A stretch of DNA of 64,000 nt, taken from contig RFPM01000001.1 in the NCBI GenBank assembly GCA_009926125.1, forward strand, positions 3,479 through 67,478, in the 5' to 3' direction. This document shows, one piece after another, positions 28,212-38,900 of this stretch (positions are counted from its first letter, which is position 1; each line of letters starts with the position of its first letter). Position numbers and translations under genes: made by a program. The stretch comes from Flavobacteriales bacterium. Lineage in GTDB: Bacteria > Bacteroidota > Bacteroidia > Flavobacteriales_D > Crocinitomicaceae. The notes under the pieces were generated by a model, which saw nothing but the letters and a program-made list of their open reading frames with translations, made no database searches and had not been told where the DNA came from.

Positions 28212-31200
28212 TGCTTATATTTCTTTCCACTTCCGCAAGGACAGGCATCGTTTCTCCCCACTTTAGGATCTACAACAATTGGTTGTCTTTTTTCTTCTTG
28301 CGGAATCGAATTTTGAATTGCTTGCTGAAAACCTTGTCTTCCTTGAAATTGAGGAAGTGGGGTGGAAGAAGTACGATTAGAATTCGTTTGAGATTTTTCG
28401 TAATTACTTTGTTTTTCGTCCTGATTTGTACTTTTTAGTTGCTGTTCAATTGGAATATCCATTCGCATTAATAAATCTACAGCCTCTTCATTCAAACGAT
28501 TCATCATAGCTTTAAACAACTCATACGATTCTAGTTTATAGACTACAAGCGGATCTTTTTGCTCATACGTTGCGTTGTTTACAGCAGATCTTAAATCATC
28601 CATTTCGCGTAAATGTTCTTTCCATTCATCATCAATTTTTGAAAGGATAATATTTTTCTCAAACGATTTAGAGATGATTTTACCTTGCGTTGAATAGGCA
28701 TCTTCAAGGTTAACAATCAGTTCCATTTCTCTTCTGCCATCACTTAAAGGAAACACAATATTTTTATATTTATTTGACATTGTTTCATAAACATGTTTTA
28801 TTTGTGGAAGCGCTTTAGCTGCGATTTTATCACACTTTCGATCGTATTGTTCTCGCATTCCTTGGTACACTTTATCGACTAATAGCCCTTTATCCATACT
28901 CAAGAATTCAGTTTCATCTACCGGGGAATCAATACCAATTAGTCGAACTAATTCCAATTCAAAATCTTGAAATGTTCCTTGTCCGTTAAATGAAACAACG
29001 GAGCTGCATAACTCATAAAACATATTGTCAACATCAATGTCCATTCGATCACCGAAAAGTGCATTTTTACGTTTCTTGTATATTTTTACTCTCTGTGCAT
29101 TCATTACATCGTCGTATTCAAGTAGACGTTTACGCATTCCAAAGTTGTTTTCTTCTACTTTTTTCTGTGCTCGTTCTATAGATTTTGAAACCATTCCATG
29201 AGAAATAACTTCACCCTCTTGTAAGCCCATTCTATCCATTAATTTAGCAATTCGTTCTGATCCAAATTTACGCATCAAATCATCTTCAAGTGAAACAAAA
29301 AAGCGAGATGAACCTGGATCTCCTTGTCGACCAGCTCGACCTCTTAATTGTCTGTCTACACGTCTTGAATCATGTCTTTCAGTACCAATAATTGCTAATC
29401 CACCTGCTTCTTTCACACCTTCACCAAGTTTGATGTCTGTACCACGACCAGCCATATTTGTTGCAATTGTAACGGCTCCTGGTAGACCGGCATTGGCAAC
29501 GATTTCCGCTTCTTTTTGGTGGTATTTTGCGTTTAGAACTTGGTGTTGAATTTTCTTCATTTGCAGCATTCTACTTACCAATTCAGATATTTCAACTGTT
29601 GTTGTACCAACTAAAACAGGTCTTCCAGCAGCTACAAGAATTTCAATTTCCTCAATAACAGCATTGTACTTTTCGCGAGCAGTTTTATAAACAAAATCGT
29701 CTTGATCTTTTCTAGTTACCGGACGATTTGGAGGCACCACAATTACATCTAATTTATAAATATCCCAAAATTCCTTTGCTTCAGTTTCAGCTGTACCAGT
29801 CATTCCAGCAAGCTTATGATACATTCTAAAGTAATTTTGTAGTGTAACAGTTGCATAGGTTTGTGTAGCAGCTTCTACCTGAACATTTTCTTTCGCTTCA
29901 ATTGCTTGGTGAAGACCATCAGAATACCTTCTTCCCTCCAAAATTCTTCCAGTAGATTCATCAACAATTTTAACTTTTCCATCTAAAATAACATATTCCA
30001 CTTCTTTTTCAAAAAGCGTGTAGGCTTTTAATAACTGACTAACAGAATGAATACGTTCAGATTTTATAGAATACTCTCGAACTAAAGCATCTTTTATTTC
30101 GAGGTATTTTTCTTTATCTAAATTTTGTTTTTGAATTACCGCAATTTCTGCCCCAATATCAGGCATAATAAAGAAATTTCTGTCTTCAGAACCCGAAACA
30201 AGATCAATTCCTTGGTCTGTTAATTCAATAGTATTATTCTTTTCATCAATTACGAAAAACAAATCTTTATCGATTTTTTTCATTTGTTTTCCTTGTTCCT
30301 GCATGTAAAAATTTTCAGTTTTCTGCAAATGGACTCTGATTCCTGGTTCAGATAAGAATTTTATGAGTGTTCTGTTTTTTGGTAAACCTCTAAAAGCACG
30401 TAACAAGGCAATTCCTCCATCTTCAAGCATCTTCTTTGCTTCATTTTTATCTTCAGGTGGTGTATTTATAACAGTCAATAATTTTTTTGCTTCGATAAGA
30501 CATTGTTGCACATACTGTTTTTGTGCTGCTACAACTTTTTCAATTCTTGGTTTAAGTTCATGAAACTCATGCTCATCTCCTTTTGGGGTTGGTCCAGATA
30601 TAATTAAGGGAGTACGAGCATCATCAACTAATACTGAATCGACCTCATCAACAATTGCATAATGGTGTTTTCTTTGAACTAAATCATCAATATGTCCGGC
30701 CATGTTATCCCTTAAATAATCAAAGCCAAACTCATTATTTGTTCCAAATGTTATGTCAGCTGCATAAGCATTTCTTCTTGCGCTTGAATTTGGTTGATGC
30801 TTGTCAATACAATCAACAGTAAGGCCGTGAAATTGATAAATTGGCCCCATCCATTCAGAGTCGCGTTTTGCTAGGTAATCATTAACTGTTACAATGTGTA
30901 CTCCTTTACCAGCAAGCGCGTTTAAGTATACGGGTAAAGTTGCAACAAGTGTTTTTCCCTCACCTGTTTGCATTTCTGCAATATTTCCTTTGTGAAGACA
31001 AGCGCCACCCATGAATTGCACATCGTAATGTACCATGTTCCAGATAATTTTCGTTCCTGCTGCCGTCCATTCATTATGCCAAATAGCTTGATCGCCTTTT
31101 ATCGTGATCCCATCTTTTTTTACTGCTAATTCACGATCAAAATCTGTTGCAGTTACAGCAAGTTGACCATTATTGGACCACCTGAAAGCAGTTTCTTTAA

Positions 31201-31543
31201 TAACAGCGAACGCCTCTGGAAGAATTTTGAGTAGACTTAATTCAATCTGTTCATCGATTGCTTTTTCAAGTTTATCTATTTTATCAAATAAATCTTCTTT
31301 GTTTTCTATTGCTGTATTTATATCGTCAGCTTCTTTTCGCAACTCAGAAATTTCATTTTCGAGACTTAATTTCTCTTGTTGAATTAAATCTTTAAATTGT
31401 CTAGTCTTTTCTCTCAACTCATCATCGCTCAAATTTTTTAACTGAGCATTAAAAGCAAGTGCTTCTTCAACATATGGCCAATAAAACTTTTTATCTTTTG
31501 TATTTTTGTCGCCAAAAATTTTTTTTAGTAGGTCCCCAATCAT
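28196..31543 (-). CDS. secA: Preprotein translocase ATPase SecA
   Basis: 1115 aa. MQTGEGKTLVA, VDEVDSVLVDDARTPLIISG, and C-terminal zinc finger CPCGSGKKYKQCHGK. Confidence 0.97.
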   Translation of the reverse strand: MIGDLLKKIFGDKNTKDKKFYWPYVEEALAFNAQLKNLSDDELREKTRQFKDLIQQEKLSLENEISELRKEADDINTAIENKEDLFDKIDKLEKAIDEQIELSLLKILPEAFAVIKETAFRWSNNGQLAVTATDFDRELAVKKDGITIKGDQAIWHNEWTAAGTKIIWNMVHYDVQFMGGACLHKGNIAEMQTGEGKTLVATLPVYLNALAGKGVHIVTVNDYLAKRDSEWMGPIYQFHGLTVDCIDKHQPNSSARRNAYAADITFGTNNEFGFDYLRDNMAGHIDDLVQRKHHYAIVDEVDSVLVDDARTPLIISGPTPKGDEHEFHELKPRIEKVVAAQKQYVQQCLIEAKKLLTVINTPPEDKNEAKKMLEDGGIALLRAFRGLPKNRTLIKFLSEPGIRVHLQKTENFYMQEQGKQMKKIDKDLFFVIDEKNNTIELTDQGIDLVSGSEDRNFFIMPDIGAEIAVIQKQNLDKEKYLEIKDALVREYSIKSERIHSVSQLLKAYTLFEKEVEYVILDGKVKIVDESTGRILEGRRYSDGLHQAIEAKENVQVEAATQTYATVTLQNYFRMYHKLAGMTGTAETEAKEFWDIYKLDVIVVPPNRPVTRKDQDDFVYKTAREKYNAVIEEIEILVAAGRPVLVGTTTVEISELVSRMLQMKKIQHQVLNAKYHQKEAEIVANAGLPGAVTIATNMAGRGTDIKLGEGVKEAGGLAIIGTERHDSRRVDRQLRGRAGRQGDPGSSRFFVSLEDDLMRKFGSERIAKLMDRMGLQEGEVISHGMVSKSIERAQKKVEENNFGMRKRLLEYDDVMNAQRVKIYKKRKNALFGDRMDIDVDNMFYELCSSVVSFNGQGTFQDFELELVRLIGIDSPVDETEFLSMDKGLLVDKVYQGMREQYDRKCDKIAAKALPQIKHVYETMSNKYKNIVFPLSDGRREMELIVNLEDAYSTQGKIISKSFEKNIILSKIDDEWKEHLREMDDLRSAVNNATYEQKDPLVVYKLESYELFKAMMNRLNEEAVDLLMRMDIPIEQQLKSTNQDEKQSNYEKSQTNSNRTSSTPLPQFQGRQGFQQAIQNSIPQEEKRQPIVVDPKVGRNDACPCGSGKKYKQCHGK

Positions 31544-31565
31544 TAACTTGATATTTTACAAGCAT

Positions 31566-31573
31566 CAAAGTTA
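31566..31573 (-). promoter_or_regulatory. -7 box (TAACTTTG) for the secA operon
   Basis: Matches TAnnTTTG. Lies 22 nt upstream of the start at 31543. Confidence 0.5.
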
Positions 31574-31721
31574 AGCATTTATATAGTTAATTTGTTTTGT
31601 TTCTCTTAACTATCTTGTATTTTTTTTTAATAGCTTATTTCACTCTTAATTTGAAAGCTTGTTAATAAGTTTTGTTAATTATTTCTTCAAGTATTTCTAT
31701 ACCAAGCAAGCGAATTAAATT

Positions 31722-31729
31722 TATCTTTG
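31722..31729 (+). promoter_or_regulatory. -7 box (TATCTTTG) for guaA
   Basis: Matches TAnnTTTG. Lies 4 nt before the ATG at 31734 and 13 nt before the ATG at 31743. Confidence 0.45.
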
Positions 31730-31733
31730 TAGC

Positions 31734-33266
31734 ATGCATGAAATGATATTAATCTTAGATTTTGGTTCACAGTATACACAGTTAATTGCTAGAAGGATTC
31801 GTGAATTAAATGTTTACTGCGAAATTCATCCCTGGAATAAAATCCCTAAAATTGAATCAAATGTTAAAGGTGTAATTCTTTCAGGCAGCCCATTTTCTGT
31901 CAGAGATGCTTCTTCTCCTCGTCCAGATTTATCAGAAATAAAAGGAAAAATTCCCCTTTTAGGTGTTTGTTTCGGTGCTCAATTTTTGGCGCATTATTTT
32001 GGAGGAGAGGTATCACCGTCTTCTACTCGTGAATACGGGCGTGCAAATTTGTCTTTTGTTGAGTCAGATAATATCTTAACGAAAGGAATGTCCAATGATT
32101 CACAAGTTTGGATGTCACACGGAGATACAATTGCTCGAATACCTTCCAATTATTCAATTATTTCAAGCACAAAGGATGTTGAGATTGCTGGATATGCTAT
32201 TAACGATGAACAAACATTCGGCATACAATTTCATCCGGAGGTTTATCATACTAGCGAAGGAAAATTATTGCTTTCTAATTTTATAGTTTCTATTTGTAAG
32301 TGTAGCTGTGATTGGACGCCAGATTCATTTGTAGAAGAAACTATTAAAGACTTACAAACTAAACTTGTTAATGATAAAGTTATTTTGGGTTTATCTGGAG
32401 GAGTTGATTCTACTGTAGCAGCAATTTTGTTACACAAGGCTATTGGTGAGAATCTTCATTGTATTTTCGTTGACAATGGGCTTTTGCGTAAAGATGAATT
32501 TGAAACAGTTCTAGAGTCCTACAAAGGAATGGGCTTAAATATTAAAGGAATAAGTGCTGCTGATAAGTTTTATAAAGAACTTAAAGGTCTAACTGATCCT
32601 GAATTGAAAAGAAAAGCAATAGGCAAAGTATTTATAGATGTTTTTGATGAAGAATCAAAAAAGGTTAGTGGTGCAAAATGGCTCGGACAAGGTACAATTT
32701 ACCCTGATGTAATTGAGTCAATTTCTGGTACGGGTGGCCCTTCTCAAACTATAAAATCTCACCATAATGTTGGTGGTTTACCCGATTACATGAAATTACA
32801 AGTTGTTGAACCATTACGCTTACTTTTTAAAGATGAAGTAAGGAGAATTGGACGATCTTTAAAGATTGACAATAAACTTTTGGAACGACATCCTTTTCCT
32901 GGTCCAGGTTTAGGAATAAGAATACTTGGCGAGGTTAGTTTGGAAAAAGTAAGGATTCTTCAAGAGGTTGATGCAATTTTCATCAATGGTTTAAAAGAAG
33001 ATAATTTGTACGATAGTGTTTGGCAAGCTGGGGCAATCTTTTTACCTATTCAATCTGTTGGTGTGATGGGCGATGAGCGAACATATGAAAATGCGATTGC
33101 ACTTAGAGCTGTTTCCTCAACTGATGGAATGACAGCTGATTGGTGTCATTTACCCTATGAATTCTTAGCTAAAATATCAAATAAAATTATTAATCAGGTT
33201 AAAGGAATAAATAGGGTAACCTATGACATTAGTTCAAAGCCACCTGCGACAATAGAATGGGAATAA
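31734..33266 (+). CDS. guaA: GMP synthase (glutamine-hydrolysing)
   Basis: [17 protein letters not shown], GATase Cys in [10 protein letters not shown]-loop GLSGGVDS, C-terminal PPATIEWE. The start may be the ATG at 31743. Confidence 0.96.
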   Translation: MHEMILILDFGSQYTQLIARRIRELNVYCEIHPWNKIPKIESNVKGVILSGSPFSVRDASSPRPDLSEIKGKIPLLGVCFGAQFLAHYFGGEVSPSSTREYGRANLSFVESDNILTKGMSNDSQVWMSHGDTIARIPSNYSIISSTKDVEIAGYAINDEQTFGIQFHPEVYHTSEGKLLLSNFIVSICKCSCDWTPDSFVEETIKDLQTKLVNDKVILGLSGGVDSTVAAILLHKAIGENLHCIFVDNGLLRKDEFETVLESYKGMGLNIKGISAADKFYKELKGLTDPELKRKAIGKVFIDVFDEESKKVSGAKWLGQGTIYPDVIESISGTGGPSQTIKSHHNVGGLPDYMKLQVVEPLRLLFKDEVRRIGRSLKIDNKLLERHPFPGPGLGIRILGEVSLEKVRILQEVDAIFINGLKEDNLYDSVWQAGAIFLPIQSVGVMGDERTYENAIALRAVSSTDGMTADWCHLPYEFLAKISNKIINQVKGINRVTYDISSKPPATIEWE

Positions 33267-33276
33267 TATAAAGATT

Positions 33277-35028
33277 ATGAAAACTACTTTTATTTATTTT
33301 TCACTATATTTTTTCCTTTTTAGCAATTTAATTGCCCAGCAATATGTTCCGGTTACATTTAAAAAAGACAATTATTTTTACAATCATACTGTAATTGAAG
33401 GTAATTCACTTTTTAATCTTCAGAAAATATATGCTTGCCCAGCTGAAGATATTTTAAATGCAAATGAAGGAATCGAAAGGGGGCTTGATGTAGGCGAAGT
33501 AGTTTTTATCCCAGTTCATAAAAAAACAATAACTCACATTGTCAGTTCAAATGAAAGTATTTACTCTTTGTCTCGCTTGTTTTCTGTTCCTATTGATTCT
33601 ATTGTAAAACACAATCTTATTTCTGGAAATGAACTAAAAATAGGCCAAAGATTAAGTATTAAAGATGCGATTATCCCAATTTTAAAAGAAGTTTCTACTA
33701 ATAGTGAAGGAAATCTAAAAAATATTCCCTCTAATGACCTTACAAGCTCTCTTAATTCAAATTTAATGAATGACGATTTGTTTGTTTTGCACACAGTTCA
33801 GAGTCAGGAGTCACTTTATACTATATCGAAACGTTACATGGTTTCAATAAATGATTTAATAGAGTTAAATAATTTAAAAACGAGTAAAATTTCTCCTAAT
33901 GACGTACTAAAAATTAAATTAAAAGAGGAAAATAAAGGAGATATAGAACAGCGAAATGTTCCACCTTCACAAAAAACTGAATCTATTCAATTTCCCTCCT
34001 TAAAGGATAAAAAATCTTTGTCTGTTGCTTTATTTCTTCCTTTTAATTTAGATTCTAGGTCAGATATAAATAAATCTATATCCAATGCAGCCATTGAGTA
34101 TTATATGGGAGCAAAATTAGCCATTGATTCACTTAGTGATTTGGGTTTTAAAGCAGAATTTTTTATTTACGATTACTTTGATAAAACTAAAAGTTTGCAA
34201 ACTATTTTAGAACAAAAATCCTTTCTTTCAACGGATTTAATAATCGCACCACTTCATCAAAAAGAAGCGGAAATTGTTGCAGAATGGGCTTTAAAGAATA
34301 ATGTTAAAATGATTTATTCTGTTACTTTTTCAAACTTTTTATTTGAAAATAAAAATGCGTATGCAATGGTTACGAATAACAATATACTTCTTGAAAAACT
34401 TGCTGTAGAAATGATAACAACTAAAAAAGATCAACAACTTGTTCTGGTAAAAAGTGGAAATGCCGCGGATGATTTAATGTATCAGCATTTTTTATCAGCT
34501 TTTCGAGCTGAAGTTGCTTTAAAATATAATTCAAAAATAATTGAAGCTAACTATGATAATTATAAACTTTTTACTAAAAATGGTCGTTCAACATGCTTTA
34601 TTTTTTTATCAAACGAAAAAGAAAAAGTAATTGCCCTTTTAAATCATTGTAAAGAAAATGAATTATTTCAAGTTGTCGGATTAAAAGAATGGATTGAATT
34701 TAAGGAAATTAATAGTGAAATCAAGAATAAATTTTCTTTTTATTATATGGCGCCTAGTTATTTTTCATACAATGACCCTGCCTTAAAAACATTTCATAAG
34801 CTTTATAGAAAAAAATATAACGCAGATTTGACAAAAATGGCTTGTCTCGGCTATGATGTAGTTTATAATGCATGTAAGTATTTTATGACAGATGAAGTAG
34901 CTTCAAGAGGACTGATTAGTAATTTTTCATTTGTTGAAAACCCTGATGGAAAAGGTTTTCAAAATACAGGGTGCTTCCTTCTTAAGTTTGAAGATTTTGA
35001 ATCTAAAATTACATTTCAAAATGAATAA
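33277..35028 (+). CDS. LysM-repeat protein fused to a type-1 periplasmic-binding-protein-like domain
   Basis: Signal peptide. Three LysM-like units (HTVIEGNSLFNLQKIY, HIVSSNESIYSLSRLF, HTVQSQESLYTISKRY). The C-terminal half resembles the Leu/Ile/Val-binding fold. Confidence 0.65.
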   Translation: MKTTFIYFSLYFFLFSNLIAQQYVPVTFKKDNYFYNHTVIEGNSLFNLQKIYACPAEDILNANEGIERGLDVGEVVFIPVHKKTITHIVSSNESIYSLSRLFSVPIDSIVKHNLISGNELKIGQRLSIKDAIIPILKEVSTNSEGNLKNIPSNDLTSSLNSNLMNDDLFVLHTVQSQESLYTISKRYMVSINDLIELNNLKTSKISPNDVLKIKLKEENKGDIEQRNVPPSQKTESIQFPSLKDKKSLSVALFLPFNLDSRSDINKSISNAAIEYYMGAKLAIDSLSDLGFKAEFFIYDYFDKTKSLQTILEQKSFLSTDLIIAPLHQKEAEIVAEWALKNNVKMIYSVTFSNFLFENKNAYAMVTNNNILLEKLAVEMITTKKDQQLVLVKSGNAADDLMYQHFLSAFRAEVALKYNSKIIEANYDNYKLFTKNGRSTCFIFLSNEKEKVIALLNHCKENELFQVVGLKEWIEFKEINSEIKNKFSFYYMAPSYFSYNDPALKTFHKLYRKKYNADLTKMACLGYDVVYNACKYFMTDEVASRGLISNFSFVENPDGKGFQNTGCFLLKFEDFESKITFQNE

Positions 35029-35914
35029 GTCTCAAATAGAATCAGAATTTAGGAAGCTTCAGGATTACATTTGTGGGGAATTAGAACTATTGGATGGCAA
35101 GACAATATTTAAAGAAGATGCTTGGACGCGCGATGAAGGTGGAGGAGGTTTTACCCGAACAGTAACAGATGGAAATATTATCGAAAAAGGTGGGGTAGCT
35201 TTTTCTGCTGTTCATGGTGAAGTTAGTGATGCAATGAAAAGTCAATTGGCAATGACTGATGGTGATTTCTTTGCTTCTGGAGTTTCTGTCGTATTACATC
35301 CAAAACATCCAAAACATCCCATAATTCATATGAATGTTCGCTATTTTGAGCTAGATAACGGCACTTATTGGTTTGGAGGAGGAATTGATTTATCTCCTCA
35401 TTATGTTGATTTAAGAGCTGCACGAGCTTTTCATCTTTCACTTAAAAAGGTTTGTGACAAATATAATCCAGAATTTTATTCAAAGTTTAAAGTTTGGGCT
35501 GATACTTATTTCTTCTTGCCTCATCGCAATGAATCAAGAGGAGTAGGAGGTATATTTTTTGATAATCAGAATGAAAATTCTAGACTTTCAAAAATACAAT
35601 TATTAAATTTCTGTTTGGATTTAGGTCGGGAATTCCCTGTTATTTATAGAGAGCAGATTGAATTTAAAGCTTATGATACACCAACTTTAGAAGAATTAAA
35701 ATGGCAAGCATTAAGACGTGGGCGCTATGTTGAATTTAATTTATTACATGATCGTGGAACTAAATTTGGAATTTATTCTTCCGGAAGAACAGAGTCTATT
35801 TTAATGAGTATGCCGCCAATGGCAAATTGGGAGTATAATTTTACTCCTGAAGAAAATTCAGAAGAAGATAAAACTCTGAAATTCCTTAATGGAAAAATTA
35901 AATCGTTTTTATGA
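35021..35914 (+). CDS. hemF: Oxygen-dependent coproporphyrinogen III oxidase
   Basis: GGGGFTR, VLHPKHPKHPIIHMNVRY, WFGGGIDLSP, GVGGIFFD. The ATG at 35021 (MNKSQIE) overlaps the upstream stop by 8 nt. Confidence 0.9.
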   Translation: MNKSQIESEFRKLQDYICGELELLDGKTIFKEDAWTRDEGGGGFTRTVTDGNIIEKGGVAFSAVHGEVSDAMKSQLAMTDGDFFASGVSVVLHPKHPKHPIIHMNVRYFELDNGTYWFGGGIDLSPHYVDLRAARAFHLSLKKVCDKYNPEFYSKFKVWADTYFFLPHRNESRGVGGIFFDNQNENSRLSKIQLLNFCLDLGREFPVIYREQIEFKAYDTPTLEELKWQALRRGRYVEFNLLHDRGTKFGIYSSGRTESILMSMPPMANWEYNFTPEENSEEDKTLKFLNGKIKSFL

Positions 35915-35925
35915 ATTTTATAATT

Positions 35926-35933
35926 TATATTTG
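35926..35933 (+). promoter_or_regulatory. -7 box (TATATTTG) for the type-B CTD adhesin operon
   Basis: Matches TAnnTTTG. Lies 14 nt upstream of the ATG at 35948. Confidence 0.5.
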
Positions 35934-35947
35934 TTAAAAGTTAAAGT

Positions 35948-38900
35948 ATGTTATCTAAAATTTTGAGAAATTGTGTCTTAGCATTCATATTTTTGATTCA
36001 TGTTAATTCATTTTCTCAAACTCCAACAGCTTCTTTTATTTCGTCTCCGGCAAGTTCAAGTGGAACAGTTACTGTTTGTGTCGGACAAGCGGTTACATTC
36101 GTAAATACTTCATCTAGTACGCTCTCAGGTTCTACCTACACTTGGAATTTTGGAGTAGGGGCAATTCCAGCTACAGCAAGTGGTATAGGTCCTCATACAG
36201 TTACATATAGTAGTCCAATTTCATCTACTACAGCAAGTTTAAATGTTAACAATAATAATGGACAACAAAGTAATTCTTCTTTAACTGTTGTTGTAAATTT
36301 ATCTCCGATTTCCAATTTAACTTTGCTAAATACGGCCTCAAGTTTTGGAACAAGTACAACAAATGGACAAATACTTTTTAGAAATTGTACAAGTAATTCT
36401 ATAACATCATTTCAATTTAGTAGTTCATATGCTTCGTCTGTTACTCAAACATTTAACTGGGGAGATGGAAGCCCTAATTCAGTGCAAACTGATTTATCTG
36501 CAACGAATCAAATTTCACATAATTATGGTTTAGGTCAATTTGTACTCACACACACTGTAGTTTTAGCAAATGCATGCCAAGTTGTTAAACAATATTTTGT
36601 TTTTAATGGCGAGGCTCCAATAATTACTGTTTCAGGTTCAGGGCAGACAACCTGCCTTCCTTTTCCATACTCTATAGACGTTTTATCTAATAATATTCCT
36701 GGTACTGTTTATACAGTTTCTTTTACTGATGGGAGTCCAGCAAACATTTTTTCATCTACAAACGATACAACTATTTCACATGTTTTTAATACTTCATCTT
36801 GTGGAGAGAGTTATCAAGTTGGACCAATTACTATTGAAAATGCATTTCAGTCTACAATAATAGCACAAAATGCTTGTGGTACTAGTTTTGCTACTCTGGG
36901 CCCAATTACTATTTCAACTGGTACAGACGCGATTTATAGCTATTCTCCTGCATCTCCTATATGTGAAGGTGAACCTGTAACATTTACAAATGAATCTTAC
37001 AGCGGAGAAAATGTAAATCAAAACGGGTGTACAACCAATTATGGTTTTTATTGGTCTGTTATGGAAACAAATGGTTGGAATGTAACGTCTGGTTCATTGG
37101 GTTCAAATAATGGTGCTATAGGTTCTTCTTATGATTTTGCAACTTGGAATACGCCTGTTCAGAATGAGCTTGAAATTACCTTTGACACTCCGGGTGATTA
37201 TCATGTTTGGCTACATACAGGTAACGCGTGTGGCGTTGATTCAGTAATGCAATTAGTTACAATACTTCCAAATTCAAGAGTCAATATCAATCCAATCAAT
37301 CCTTTTATCTGCTCAGGAGATTTGTCTGATACAATCTTTATGTCTTCGAGTATAGAAGGTTATTTAATATCTTGGGAAGTAACTGATGTACTAAATGTTG
37401 ATGGATTTAATCCCGCATATGGTTCTGGAACAACAACTGATACTATATTTCCTGTGCAATTAATAAACACATCAAATATTCTTGGATATGTCGTTATAAA
37501 TGCAAGCGTTGGTTGTTCTGATTTGCCTCCAGCGATTGACACTTTATTTGTGTATCCTCAGGGAAATTTGATAGTATCGCCCTTACAAGATTATTTGTGT
37601 AGTAATGAAACTACTGATATTGATATATCTAGTAATCTGCAAAATGCAACTTTCACCTGGACAGTATTATTTCCAAGTATAATTTCAGGGGCATCTTCTG
37701 GATCTGGGAATACTATTTCACAAACTTTATTTAATTCAGGCACTACCATAGCAAATGTTACCTACACAATATATATTGGTAATGTTACTTGTCCCGGAGA
37801 TTCAATTGTGGTAATCGTTGCAGTCCAACCAGGAATTAACTTGAATCAAAATAATGACACTACTCTCTGTCCTGGATCTCTTTTAAATCCAATAGACTAT
37901 ATATCTTCTCCAGTTGGAGCGACTTATACATGGACTAATAACAATACTTCTATTGGTATTGGAGCCTCCGGGAATGGACAAGTTCCTACTTGGACTACTC
38001 CAGCTAATAATACAGGTAATCCAGTTGTTGGAACAATTACAGTTACTGCACTTTTAGATCCAAGTTGTCCTCCTTCAGTAACTGATTTTATTGTTACGAT
38101 TTCTCCTTCATCAAATTTAGAAGTTTCAACTCTTGATACATTGGTTTGTAGTGGTCAATCTCCTGATGTTATTGTTCAAAGTAATGTTTCATCGGCGATT
38201 ATTACTTGGACTGCAATTGCTCCTCCAAGTATTTCAGGTTCTTCAAATGGAAATGGAAACCCAGGAAATATTGATGACATTTTAATAAACGACGGTTCAA
38301 CTTCAAGTAATGATACAGTTTTTTATACTATTGCTATATCAAATGTGCAATGTCCTAGTTCAAATTTAATTGTTAGTGTGACTGTTCAACCTCAAATTTC
38401 CATGAATGATATTCCAAATATTTTAGTTTGTCCCGGTCAACCCTTAATTAATCCTGTAGATTTTACTACAATACCAAGTGGTGGAACTTTTACATGGACA
38501 AATTCTAATACTGCTATTGGTCTTCCTTCTTCAGGTTCTGGTCAAATTGCATCCTGGACTGCCCCTTCTAATACTACTTCTAGTGCTATTGTAGGAAACA
38601 TTACGATTTCTGCACAACTCAATGGATGTCCAATTGTTCAAGATGTCTTTAGTGTTACGATTAATCCAACTCCAGATTATGTTTATACATTAAATCCTTC
38701 AGATGGTATTTCATGTATTTCAACTACCGCCTCAATAAACGGCACAGTTTCCATCCCAAATTCAAGTATAGTTTGGTCGGGGCCAAATATTATTTCTGGT
38801 CAAGGAAATGACTCAATAATAGTAGGAAGTGCCGGAACTTATGTTATTTCAATGACGGATATTGCAACTGGATGCAGCGCAAATGAACTGATTCAAATTG

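Noticed and set aside
35297-35320. Near-tandem CATCCAAAA x2.7 repeat in hemF, encoding HPKHPKHP
   Set aside because: The spacing between the conserved HP and the H-x-N-x-R motif matches what I recall for E. coli HemF (8 residues). The repeat is therefore ordinary conserved coding sequence, not an insertion or slippage product.
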